A DNA stretch of 37,233 nt from a virus (IMGVR_UViG_3300032212_000077:1-37233), one strand, 5' to 3'; shown: positions 8,385 to 16,608, counted from the first letter of the stretch. Notes: a model not told the origin generated them from the letters alone. Numbers and translations are program-made.

Positions 8385-8720
8385 TTAGCCCTCCGCTATT
8401 GCCAATTCCTTAGACTCTGATATTTCGTCTTTGTCTGGAAAGTCAATTAAATCTTCATCAGAATTACTTACACCAAATTCTAGCATTTTATTTATTGCTA
8501 GTTCTGTTGCTTCCTGAATCTGTTCGCTCAATTGTTTCCTTACAGATTCGTTTACCTCTTTATTGGATAAGTGAATCTGTTTTGTCGTTAATGAACTAGT
8601 GATTTTAACTGTTGCTTTTTCTGGATTTACAGAAAGTTTTACAGCTAATTCTGTAGAGTTCGCCCCTACTTCAACCATTCTACTAAAAATGTAGTCTCGT
8701 TTGACTTCTATAGCTTCCAT
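8385..8720 (-). CDS. Hypothetical protein with acidic C-terminus
   Basis: 111 aa ORF downstream of the helicase. Confidence 0.7.
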   Translation of the reverse strand: MEAIEVKRDYIFSRMVEVGANSTELAVKLSVNPEKATVKITSSLTTKQIHLSNKEVNESVRKQLSEQIQEATELAINKMLEFGVSNSDEDLIDFPDKDEISESKELAIAEG

Positions 8721-8748
8721 ATTATTTTATGGTTTTATTGATGAATAA

Positions 8749-10122
8749 TTAAAATGCTTCCAATCCTTTTGCAGGGTATTTCAAAAACATATTTTCTTTG
8801 TCTATTTCTGGTAAGCCCTCTAAAAATGTTCCTGAGTGAGCATCAAAAGAAAATCTAAATGTTCCTGTTTTCCCTAACCTGTTTTTTGCTACTTTGAGAT
8901 AGACCACACCTGTTAAATCTTCATTGGTCCGTGGATGCTTTTTTATTCCGTAGTATTCAGGTCTATAGATGAATATTACAGCAAACGCATCTTGTTCTAA
9001 ACTTCCTGAGTCTTTCAAGTCTGTTAATTTGGGCATTTTGTCGGCCCTCTTATCTACCTCTCTTCCTAGTTGAGCTAAAGCGATTAAGGCACAATCACAA
9101 TCTTTCTCTCCACATAAATCAATTAAGGTCTGGTTGATCTCTTCTATTTGATAGTTCCTGCTTATGCCCGTTTGCCCTTTGATTTTTTGAATGTAATCGA
9201 TGGATACCATTTCTAAATCAACTTTTGCGTTCAGTAATCTAACAGAGTCTACTATGTCATTTACGCTCTTACAACCTGTGATAATCCAAAAAGGCAATTC
9301 ATATAAGAACATAAAAGCTTTATCTACTTCTTCCTGTTGTGTTTTATTTAGGCTCCCTAGAATATCCTGTACTGATAACCCCGTAAGGATGGAAACCAAC
9401 TTAAGCATGATTTGCCGTTTTGGCATTTCTACACTCACAAAAGCCACCTCATTTCCCATCATAGCTAGAATTAATAAAATGCAAAGTGCTAAACTTGTTT
9501 TTCCTTGCCCTGGTCTTCCTGCTAAAACTATCTCATTACCCTTTTGCCACCCTGAAAAGTATTCGTCAAAAATCGCATAACCTGTAGAAATACCAAACGT
9601 CATATCATCCCCTTCATTGGCTTTCCTTACACTATCCATGACCTTGGTAAACTCTTTTAGTCTACTCTCTTCATGCCCTTCTAAAGCTTCATGTATAGCG
9701 TCTCTTTCCCTTTGTATTTCATTTTGTACCTGGATTGCATTTTCCCCCATTCTAATCTTATTGATAGCCTTTTGACTTAAAGTAATCTCTTGTCTTGAAA
9801 CATACTTTTCAATAATTCTTTTTGAGTATGCCTTTACATTGAAGCTGTCAGAGTGTTTGATTAAACCAAAAAGCAAGTCTAAAGCATTTGGAAAATTCAA
9901 CTCATCTGCCAAAATTGGAATCTCAATAGTTTGTTTTTCCTTTACAAAATCAAATACCTTAATTGCTATTTTCTTAAAAGTAGAATTGGAAAACATATAA
10001 GGTTTTAACTTTTTAAAACCTAACAACAAAGCGGGGTTAACTAGTATCGTTCCTAAAAAAGCTCTTTCACTTTCTTCTGTTCTTAATGGGTCATTTAATT
10101 TTATATCGTACATAGGATTCAT
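8749..10122 (-). CDS. dnaB: Replicative DNA helicase, DnaB family
   Basis: AGRPGQGKT Walker A, SVEM, IDYIQ, LAQLGR, DLKDSGSLEQDA, KNRLG. Confidence 0.95.
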   Translation of the reverse strand: MNPMYDIKLNDPLRTEESERAFLGTILVNPALLLGFKKLKPYMFSNSTFKKIAIKVFDFVKEKQTIEIPILADELNFPNALDLLFGLIKHSDSFNVKAYSKRIIEKYVSRQEITLSQKAINKIRMGENAIQVQNEIQRERDAIHEALEGHEESRLKEFTKVMDSVRKANEGDDMTFGISTGYAIFDEYFSGWQKGNEIVLAGRPGQGKTSLALCILLILAMMGNEVAFVSVEMPKRQIMLKLVSILTGLSVQDILGSLNKTQQEEVDKAFMFLYELPFWIITGCKSVNDIVDSVRLLNAKVDLEMVSIDYIQKIKGQTGISRNYQIEEINQTLIDLCGEKDCDCALIALAQLGREVDKRADKMPKLTDLKDSGSLEQDAFAVIFIYRPEYYGIKKHPRTNEDLTGVVYLKVAKNRLGKTGTFRFSFDAHSGTFLEGLPEIDKENMFLKYPAKGLEAF

Positions 10123-10396
10123 TAATCACTTTTTTATAGTCCTTATCAGTAGCTAGTTCAGACATTTCATTACGAATCCAATCTTTTACTAATTGGTTAC
10201 TTTTAAGCGTATCAAATTGCTGTTTAATCATCTTATCGACTAGTGGCCTGATTGTTCCATGGAAGAACCTTAGCGCTCTTAATTCACCCATTCTTAATTC
10301 AGATACCAATATCATTTTTCTTTCGGCTGCTGTCTTTACCCCTCCAAATGTTTTACATTCAAACTCCCATAGGATTCTTTTTGCTTGTTCCGTCAT
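10091..10396 (-). CDS. Hypothetical protein between initiator and helicase
   Basis: 101 aa, overlaps the DnaB start. Confidence 0.65.
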   Translation of the reverse strand: MTEQAKRILWEFECKTFGGVKTAAERKMILVSELRMGELRALRFFHGTIRPLVDKMIKQQFDTLKSNQLVKDWIRNEMSELATDKDYKKVINESYVRYKIK

Positions 10397-10400
10397 ATCT

Positions 10401-11228
10401 CTAGTTTAAAAAGTCGTCAGGTTCTTGGAAATCAGTTTCAGTATTAGATGTATTGCTTTTTACATTTAGCTTATCCCATACCAACCCTGTCCAACCTTCG
10501 TCTAAAGTGTAATCCAGTACCGTTCTAATATCATCAATAGAGTAAGCATTGAATCTATTACAATAAGCTGAAATGCTTCGACCTGTTTTTAATGGCTTCT
10601 TTATCTCCTTCCTGTGTTTCAGATATTCTATTAGTAGCTTTTTCTTTTTTGGTACTAATGATTTAGCCTTGTCTGAATTGATAACTAATTCATATTGATG
10701 CTTACCTACTTGCTTTAATAATACTTTTTGAGTTTTAGAAAGAGTATCCCCTGTGGGGATTATAGGGGTAATATCAGTAGTTACATTAGTGTTACTATAA
10801 GGTATAGGTTTGCCCTTTTGGACAAATGACATTTGCCCTTTTGGGGTAATTCCATTTGCCCTTTTGGACAAATCGTGTTTCCCCTTTTGGAACGGCAGTT
10901 TATTACCTGTTAATTCACATCCCTTTTCAGTTAAGGCATACCATTTAGTTCTGTCAAATTTTAACTTATTAAAGTTACCTGAAGCTAAGTAACTTTCTTT
11001 TTCTAGCTTATCTATTGCCCCTCTTATAACCTTTGTAGATAAGTATGGGTATATTTCTTCAAAACCTTTTATTGGGCAATAAAACCATACTAAACCATTG
11101 ATCACTTTAGTAGGATTATGTAGGTTTTTTTTATGCCAAAAAGAAAAATGTTGTACCAAGATGGCTAAAACGACATTTTTTAATTTTCTCGCTATTTCTA
11201 CACTAAATGAATGTGAATCGTTATTCAT
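10401..11228 (-). CDS. Phage replication initiator (N-terminal winged helix)
   Basis: HSFSVEIA...YPYLS...GNFNKLKFDRTKWY N-terminal domain, internal iterons, C-terminal GWTGL; upstream of DnaB. Confidence 0.85.
   Translation of the reverse strand: MNNDSHSFSVEIARKLKNVVLAILVQHFSFWHKKNLHNPTKVINGLVWFYCPIKGFEEIYPYLSTKVIRGAIDKLEKESYLASGNFNKLKFDRTKWYALTEKGCELTGNKLPFQKGKHDLSKRANGITPKGQMSFVQKGKPIPYSNTNVTTDITPIIPTGDTLSKTQKVLLKQVGKHQYELVINSDKAKSLVPKKKKLLIEYLKHRKEIKKPLKTGRSISAYCNRFNAYSIDDIRTVLDYTLDEGWTGLVWDKLNVKSNTSNTETDFQEPDDFLN
10809..10893. repeat. Replication-origin iterons
   Basis: TTT(G/C)CCCTTTTGG four times at an exact 23-bp period (10809, 10832, 10855, 10878) inside the initiator gene, as in lambda O. 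Confidence 0.85.
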
Positions 11229-11232
11229 GGGT

Positions 11233-11901
11233 TTAAGTATTTTGTAGTAAAAAATTCATGGTAGATTCCATGTTCTTGATTTCCTGTTCTACTGCTAAAG
11301 CATTCTTTCTTAGTATTTTTATTAATGGCTCAAAGGGAGTTATTCTATTCACCCACATTATATTTCCATACGCCCAATTATACAGGATGTAATCGCACCA
11401 TTTTCTTTCCGTACACATTAATTGATAGTTTATCTGACACCACGTACTTTTTGGCATTTCCCAGGTTAGTCTACGTTTCAAAAACTGTGGATTGTCAGGA
11501 CATTTTATTTCAATTAACCCATCCTCTCCTACTAATCCGTCAGGGCTGCAACCTATGTGTTTTGAATACTGAACAAACCCGACTCTATTTACTTTGCTGT
11601 AGGTTTTTTCTTCATACATCTTGATTACTAATGGTTCGTAATCCTTCCCTCTTTCTGTATGGACATTGCTAAAGTCCGCTTTATCTTCATCTCCTTCACT
11701 TCTTCCTCCTGTGATTACTTCTGAAGCTTTTTTATACAAATGTGTCATTGCTCCCGTACCTAACCCTAATCTACCTTTACCTTTTACTGCTAAAATCTCT
11801 GCTTTGCTTGCTGTAAATTTCCCTTCTCTAATCTTATCCCATTGCTCCGTGTTTTGTTTTATACCATAATGATAAATTGGATATTGGTTAGATGGCTTCA
11901 T
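11233..11901 (-). CDS. YqaJ / lambda-exonuclease family protein
   Basis: QNTEQW...R.GKFTAS...RG...EP...GCSPDGLV...IEIKCP...QI..QL. Confidence 0.9.
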   Translation of the reverse strand: MKPSNQYPIYHYGIKQNTEQWDKIREGKFTASKAEILAVKGKGRLGLGTGAMTHLYKKASEVITGGRSEGDEDKADFSNVHTERGKDYEPLVIKMYEEKTYSKVNRVGFVQYSKHIGCSPDGLVGEDGLIEIKCPDNPQFLKRRLTWEMPKSTWCQINYQLMCTERKWCDYILYNWAYGNIMWVNRITPFEPLIKILRKNALAVEQEIKNMESTMNFLLQNT

Positions 11902-12397
11902 TAATCAATTTTAAGGATTTTTCTAAATTAGGTATAGTGTCCTTTTTTGTGGCTTTTGCTGCTTTTAATCGACTCTTCCAAACTTCTGCTGCTTCGTCAG
12001 GGAGGTTACCTAGTGCTTTAATAATCTTTTGATTTAGGTCGGCTTTCTTCGCTTCATTGCCTATTTTTGGCTTATAGGGTCTGATTCGAATAGCATCTAC
12101 TAAGTCACCAAAAGCTTTAACCTCAGTAGCGTAAACCTGAATCGATTTACCTATCCAATCTTCAATATACCTAGTACCATAGACCTTTGATATTATCTTA
12201 CAATTGGTTTTGTTCAGGATAAAAGGCTTGCTATTCTCTTTAAATTCACAAACTAGTGCATCTTCTTTTTTGCCCTCTGGTAAGTTAACGGACTCTTTTT
12301 TTATAGAATCGATGGTTAAGATAATATCTGTATCCAAATCCCATGCTCCTAAATAAGTTGAGTTGAATAATTTTTTAAAATGTGTTTTAGATGCCAT
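11888..12397 (-). CDS. Putative single-strand annealing / ssDNA-binding recombination protein
   Basis: KTHFKK...YLGAWDL...ILNKTNCK.I...IEDWIGK.I...AIRIR; paired with the exonuclease. Confidence 0.65.
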   Translation of the reverse strand: MASKTHFKKLFNSTYLGAWDLDTDIILTIDSIKKESVNLPEGKKEDALVCEFKENSKPFILNKTNCKIISKVYGTRYIEDWIGKSIQVYATEVKAFGDLVDAIRIRPYKPKIGNEAKKADLNQKIIKALGNLPDEAAEVWKSRLKAAKATKKDTIPNLEKSLKLINEAI

Positions 12398-12427
12398 TAT
12401 TATAAAAGTTTTTTAATTGTTATATTA

Positions 12428-12709
12428 TTAGTAGATAATCGCTAAGTAATTTATTTCAACTTGCCTTAATTGTGCTTTTTTCTTCCAACAATCCATTAAA
12501 ATCCAATCCTCCACATTTTTCATTTTTGCTTCTAAATACCTGTTTTCTGCCCTCTTTACTTGTTTTTCTAACCAGTTTTCAAAAGCGTAATTAGTCACTT
12601 TTACATTTAACTTAATAGGCTTTTTCATTTCTGCTATAATAGCCTTTCGTTCTGATCCAGGTCGCTTCTTTCGCTTCTTTCTACTTATGGCTAATATTGG
12701 GTCAATCAT
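12428..12709 (-). CDS. Hypothetical basic protein
   Basis: The ORF track starts at 12748, but that ATG lies in a hairpin stem; the in-frame ATG at 12709 has an A/T-rich leader. Confidence 0.55.
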   Translation of the reverse strand: MIDPILAISRKKRKKRPGSERKAIIAEMKKPIKLNVKVTNYAFENWLEKQVKRAENRYLEAKMKNVEDWILMDCWKKKAQLRQVEINYLAIIY

Positions 12710-12719
12710 TTGAAAAATT

Positions 12720-13365
12720 TTAAAGTATGGGGCATATTTCAGCCCCATCTAAGCAAACATACTTTGATAAAAAATTAAATCGGTTTTGGCTTAAAATGTC
12801 CTAATGATTAAATATTATAGATAATAGATTCTTTTGGTTAGGGTGAAGGGAGCCTATTAATTCTCTCTATTATTTTGGTCCCCTTCTATGCACCCGTAAC
12901 ACAATTTCTTTTGTCTAAATAGCCACTCATTTAAGAGTGGCTATGGAAAAGACTATGAGATTCCTATAAGGAAGATTCGATTTAAAAAAAAGCAGCGGGG
13001 TTAACTCATTATGCGTGGGATTTACTTTTGTAGCCTTTTCCCCGCTTGCTTAAAAATTTCTTTGTTCTTGAAAATGGTTGGAGTGGTTAAACTTCCTCCA
13101 ACCATCTACTCACTAGCTTTAATAAAACGGAACCTATATGAACAGTTCTTTTAATTTTGGTGAAAAAGGAGCGAACTTAATCGCTCCCATATAAACGAAT
13201 TTTAACCAAAATTTGTGTAAAAGAGAAAGGAATCGAACCTTAGAATTGAATCGTATTAGGGCTTAAACCTAATGTGTCCAACTTCGCCTGACTCTTTCAA
13301 ATAAAGGAGCGAGCTTTCCCGCCCCTTTTTAACAAATTATAATCCCATGAACATATCCAAAATTA
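12720..13365 (-). ncRNA. Non-coding array of at least 7 stem-loops (candidate polycistronic small RNAs)
   Basis: No ORF of 60 aa or more. Hairpins at about 12726-12748, 12837-12900, 12919-12944, 12990-13051, 13074-13105, 13155-13212 and 13303-13328; G-U pairs in the last favour the minus strand. Confidence 0.6.
13218..13298 (-). tRNA. tRNA-Leu(UAA)-like element with degenerate D-arm
   Basis: Acceptor GAAAGAG/CTCTTTT plus discriminator A; anticodon arm ATTAGG-TTTAAGC-CCTAAT; T-arm AAGG-TTCGATT-CCTT; no encoded CCA; D-stem not evident. Confidence 0.45.
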
Positions 13366-13369
13366 TCAC

Positions 13370-13801
13370 TTAAAATTCTCCATCTCCATCTCCATCTCCA
13401 TCTCCATATCCATCTCCATCTCCATCTCCATCTCCATATCCATATCCATCTCCATCTCCATCTCCATATCCATATCCATCTCCATCTCCATCTCCATATC
13501 CATATCCATATCCATATCCATATCCATATCCATCTCCATCTCCATCTCCATATCCATATCCATATCCATATCCATCTCCATATCCATATCCATCTCCATC
13601 TCCATCTCCATCTCCATATCCATCTCCATATCCATCCTTATCAAACCCTTGTCTTATATAGAAGGAGGTTTCTGTATCAAGCGGCTCTTTAATTTCCTCA
13701 TAAGTGCCAAAGTATTTTTTATTCCTTCTCACCCAATCCTTAACACCGCTTTGGCAAGCCCCTTTTGCAATTATGGTTTCGTAAGTGATTACTTTAGCCA
13801 T
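13370..13801 (-). CDS. Gly-Tyr/Gly-Asp repeat protein
   Basis: N-terminal GACQSGV..W domain followed by a long (G-Y/G-D)n tract; overlaps the DUF6948-like gene. Confidence 0.75.
   Translation of the reverse strand: MAKVITYETIIAKGACQSGVKDWVRRNKKYFGTYEEIKEPLDTETSFYIRQGFDKDGYGDGYGDGDGDGDGYGYGDGYGYGYGYGDGDGDGYGYGYGYGYGYGDGDGDGYGYGDGDGDGYGYGDGDGDGDGYGDGDGDGDGEF
13379..13636. repeat. Hexanucleotide tandem repeat (TCCATC/TCCATA)n
   Basis: About 43 uninterrupted units, GGA-GAT or GGA-TAT on the coding strand. Confidence 0.95.
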
Positions 13802-14058
13802 TTCAGAGCCGCTTTATCAGTTACATTAAATACAGCCGTTACATGGTGTAAAACAGCAATATCAGAAACACTAGACATTTTCGTTCTTTCAGTAGGGCCA
13901 GTATTACACAATTGTTGCAATCCGTCCTCTGTACCCCATTTAATTGCCATTCTGCAATTATACAAGTCTGTTAAGGTTTCTGAGGTAATATCTTTACCTT
14001 CCTCGATTTGAGCGAACCAAACGCCCCGATGCTTTGTAGTAATTAAATAATTTTTCAT
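13789..14058 (-). CDS. DUF6948-like phage protein
   Basis: LITT..RGVWF...L.NCR....W....GLQQL...GP pattern; a family I recall adjacent to GYGDG-repeat genes. Confidence 0.7.
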   Translation of the reverse strand: MKNYLITTKHRGVWFAQIEEGKDITSETLTDLYNCRMAIKWGTEDGLQQLCNTGPTERTKMSSVSDIAVLHHVTAVFNVTDKAALKWLK

Positions 14059-14112
14059 TGATTGATAGTTTTTAAATTATGATAAATTAAGTTTAAAAAT
14101 ATTGGTATTCAT

Positions 14113-14397
14113 CTATGCTACTACCGTTTGAAACTGAGAAAAAACATGGTTGATCAAAGCGGGGCTATTCATTAAAGCCAACGGTAGCGGCTTGTCAAAA
14201 TCCTTATCCATTTTAATACATTGCTCACAAGCATATAAAACATCTTCATTAACTGCTTTTCTATTCATTACCCTACTTAAGTACTCTAAAGATATTCCTC
14301 TCTCTTTACCATTCGCTATGAGTCTTCTTTGCACTAATCGGAGTGTAAACCTGTCTCTTTCTTTTAGTATGCCCTTTAATCTATCCTCGTAATTCAT
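14113..14397 (-). CDS. Cro-like early regulator
   Basis: First gene of the leftward operon, divergent from the repressor; HTH-like ISLEYLSRVMN. Confidence 0.6.
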   Translation of the reverse strand: MNYEDRLKGILKERDRFTLRLVQRRLIANGKERGISLEYLSRVMNRKAVNEDVLYACEQCIKMDKDFDKPLPLALMNSPALINHVFSQFQTVVA

Positions 14398-14602
14398 TCG
14401 TTTGTCGTTTTATAATTAAGAAATTAAAGACCTATTCAAACATTTGTCAATATTTGTTTGATATTTGTAGTAATATTGTCTTGTGTTTTTGTATGACACA
14501 AATATGGTGACATTGTTCGCTAAAAAGCAAATATATTCACTAATTAAATTTAAAAAAATACAATATTTATAGTATTCGGTAGAAAAATACCAGAAAACGG
14601 TT
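14398..14602. promoter_or_regulatory. Divergent lysis/lysogeny control region
   Basis: Intergenic between divergent HTH genes; TATATTTG (-7 box) on the minus strand at 14528-14535; several ATATTTG/CAAATAT copies. Confidence 0.6.
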
Positions 14603-14950
14603 ATGGATAGTAAAGAAATAAAGGAAAAAGTTTTACTTTTAATTAATGATCTAATCAAAGGAAGAGGTATACCAATGTCCATTATATCTAAAAAATCAAC
14701 TATACCTTACCATAGATTAGATAAAATTAAAAGAGGAAAAGTGAAGGTCAATGAGTTGGATTTACAAAAACTCAACAAGGCTTATCCTTCAAAAAGTGAA
14801 AAAGTAAAAGAAAAGGATGAATTAAAATTAGAATTAGAGCAAAGAATAAAGCAATTAGAAATGGATAATAAGCTACTTAAAGAGATGATGATAAAATTAT
14901 TGAAAGAAAGAGGGGATACTGATTTGTCAAATCAAATAGAAAACCTGTAA
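14603..14950 (+). CDS. CI-like repressor (Xre HTH plus coiled coil, no S24 peptidase)
   Basis: MSIISKKSTIPYHRLDKIKRGK helix-turn-helix; one of only two credible plus-strand genes. Confidence 0.7.
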   Translation: MDSKEIKEKVLLLINDLIKGRGIPMSIISKKSTIPYHRLDKIKRGKVKVNELDLQKLNKAYPSKSEKVKEKDELKLELEQRIKQLEMDNKLLKEMMIKLLKERGDTDLSNQIENL

Positions 14951-14995
14951 AGATTAAAGGATTAAAAAATTAATATAAACTATCAAACCTCAATT

Positions 14996-15448
14996 ATGAA
15001 AACTATAATTACTCTTCTTGTTTTACTACCTGTTGTTTTGTTTGCCCAGGATATTCCTAAAAAGACAAGTAAAATCATTATTCACAATAACTTAAATGCT
15101 GAGGATAATTTTAAGCTAGTTGGAAGAACGGTTTTACAAAACGATTACCAAATAGAGAAAAAAGATAAAGACTTTGGCACTATTCAAACTGAACGCCAAA
15201 GTTATTCTAAGCCATTCCGATTGTCTTATTCTTGGTATTTTGATTTTGTTATAAGTGATAATAAAATAGTATTAACTGGCAAAATGACCTCAGATGAATT
15301 AGACGTAAACTCTAATACCTTTGCATCTTCTGACAATTGGGAAAAGATACAGAAAAGAGGAATGAAAAAAAGCTTATACTGGAATACCTTTCAAAAAATG
15401 AAAGAGTTTTCAGAATTATTTGAGTCTAAAAAGATAGAATATAAATAA
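14996..15448 (+). CDS. Secreted/periplasmic protein, paralog of 33604..34059
   Basis: Signal peptide MKTIITLLVLLPVVLFA|Q; co-oriented with the repressor. Confidence 0.8.
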   Translation: MKTIITLLVLLPVVLFAQDIPKKTSKIIIHNNLNAEDNFKLVGRTVLQNDYQIEKKDKDFGTIQTERQSYSKPFRLSYSWYFDFVISDNKIVLTGKMTSDELDVNSNTFASSDNWEKIQKRGMKKSLYWNTFQKMKEFSELFESKKIEYK

Positions 15449-15710
15449 ATTTCAATCTGGTAAGTTTAATTCCTTCCATATCAATAATAGTAATTCCTTT
15501 TCGATTTGCAGTAAAATCAATCTAATTGAGGGGTCTAAATTTAGGCGTAGTAAATTACTAGTCAACTCCAAACTCTTTAAATTACTCATAGGTCATAGGT
15601 GTCTTTTGGTTATATTAATAAATTGGGGTGGGGAGTAATTAAGAAGAGATTTTTTGTGTGTTGTTAGCTCTAATGTATATAAATATTTAATAGTTTTATA
15701 TTTTTTTAAT

Positions 15711-15746
15711 AAAAAAAAGACTTGACACTAATAAAAGTGACAAGTC
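15711..15746 (-). terminator. Late-operon intrinsic terminator
   Basis: GACTTGTCACT-loop-AGTGTCAAGTC followed by T8 on the minus strand. Confidence 0.8.
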
Positions 15747-15809
15747 CTAATCAAACTGATATTTCAAGGTCTCTGAAATGTCAATTAAAAAACTATCAAT
15801 AAAACGGTA

Positions 15810-16193
15810 TTAAGCAGCTTTATTTTTGCTAAAAAACTGGATACTCTTATTTGCAAAACGAATATTATAGTTAAGCCATAAAATAACCGTTTTTACATAA
15901 TCTTCAGCTACATCTCTTCCTTCTGGTAAAAAGTCAAGAGATACAGCATGGTCTACTAATTCTTCCCGTTCTTCATTAGTAATCTTGTCCTTGATTTCGT
16001 CCACCATTCCTCCATAGATTCCAAATAAAGGGAATGTTTGTGGTAGTACACTTATTAAATAAGCAGTTCGTTCACTACTATCTATTTTACCGTCTTCATT
16101 AGTATCCATACTAAAAGAGGTTTTGGAAATTCCAGCAACGACACTTAAGCCTTGCTTGATGTTCTGGACACCGTAGTTATTAGCTTTCGCCAT
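15810..16193 (-). CDS. Hypothetical lysis-region protein with EF-hand-like loop
   Basis: DTNEDGKIDSSE; last gene of the late operon. Confidence 0.75.
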   Translation of the reverse strand: MAKANNYGVQNIKQGLSVVAGISKTSFSMDTNEDGKIDSSERTAYLISVLPQTFPLFGIYGGMVDEIKDKITNEEREELVDHAVSLDFLPEGRDVAEDYVKTVILWLNYNIRFANKSIQFFSKNKAA

Positions 16194-16286
16194 GATAATT
16201 TTATTTAAAGGTTAATAATATCTACTCTTCCTGACTTAGCTAAACTAATTGCTTTGTCTACATCAGAAATAGCGCTTTTTAGTCGC

Positions 16287-16577
16287 TTAGTCTTGGTCCT
16301 TAATTTTTTCTTTAATTTCTTTGATGTGCTGTTCCAGATTGGTAATTTTTTCGTTAAGTATTTCATTGATTTCCTTTAAGCGTTTGTTATCGAAAGTCAG
16401 GGTCAATATTTCCTCTTTGGCTTCAAGTAGCTTGTCATGCGCTTCTTCTAGTTCAATAAGAAACTCTTTATAATCCTTTATGCGTTCTTTTTTCTTATCG
16501 ATGCGGTACTTCCATACAGCGCCAATCAAAACAGGAATTGCCCCAATTGTGTATTTTAAAATTTCTAAAACGTCCAT
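16287..16577 (-). CDS. Putative holin-like protein (one N-terminal TM segment plus coiled coil)
   Basis: Hydrophobic ILKYTIGAIPVLIGAVW then a charged coiled coil; lysis-module position. Confidence 0.55.
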   Translation of the reverse strand: MDVLEILKYTIGAIPVLIGAVWKYRIDKKKERIKDYKEFLIELEEAHDKLLEAKEEILTLTFDNKRLKEINEILNEKITNLEQHIKEIKEKIKDQD

Positions 16578-16608
16578 TTAATTATAATTTAGTTGAGAGA
16601 GTTTTTTT

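Noticed and set aside
12720-13365. Possible CRISPR array
   Set aside because: The hairpins differ in sequence, there are no identical direct repeats with regular spacers, and no cas genes are present.
13366-13644. ORF translating as (ME/MD)n
   Set aside because: Alternative frame of the hexamer repeat; the GY/GD frame has a proper N-terminal domain and overlaps the upstream gene.
14416-14682. Minus-strand 88-aa ORF
   Set aside because: Overlaps the repressor gene antisense and spans the control region; composition reflects AT-rich non-coding DNA.
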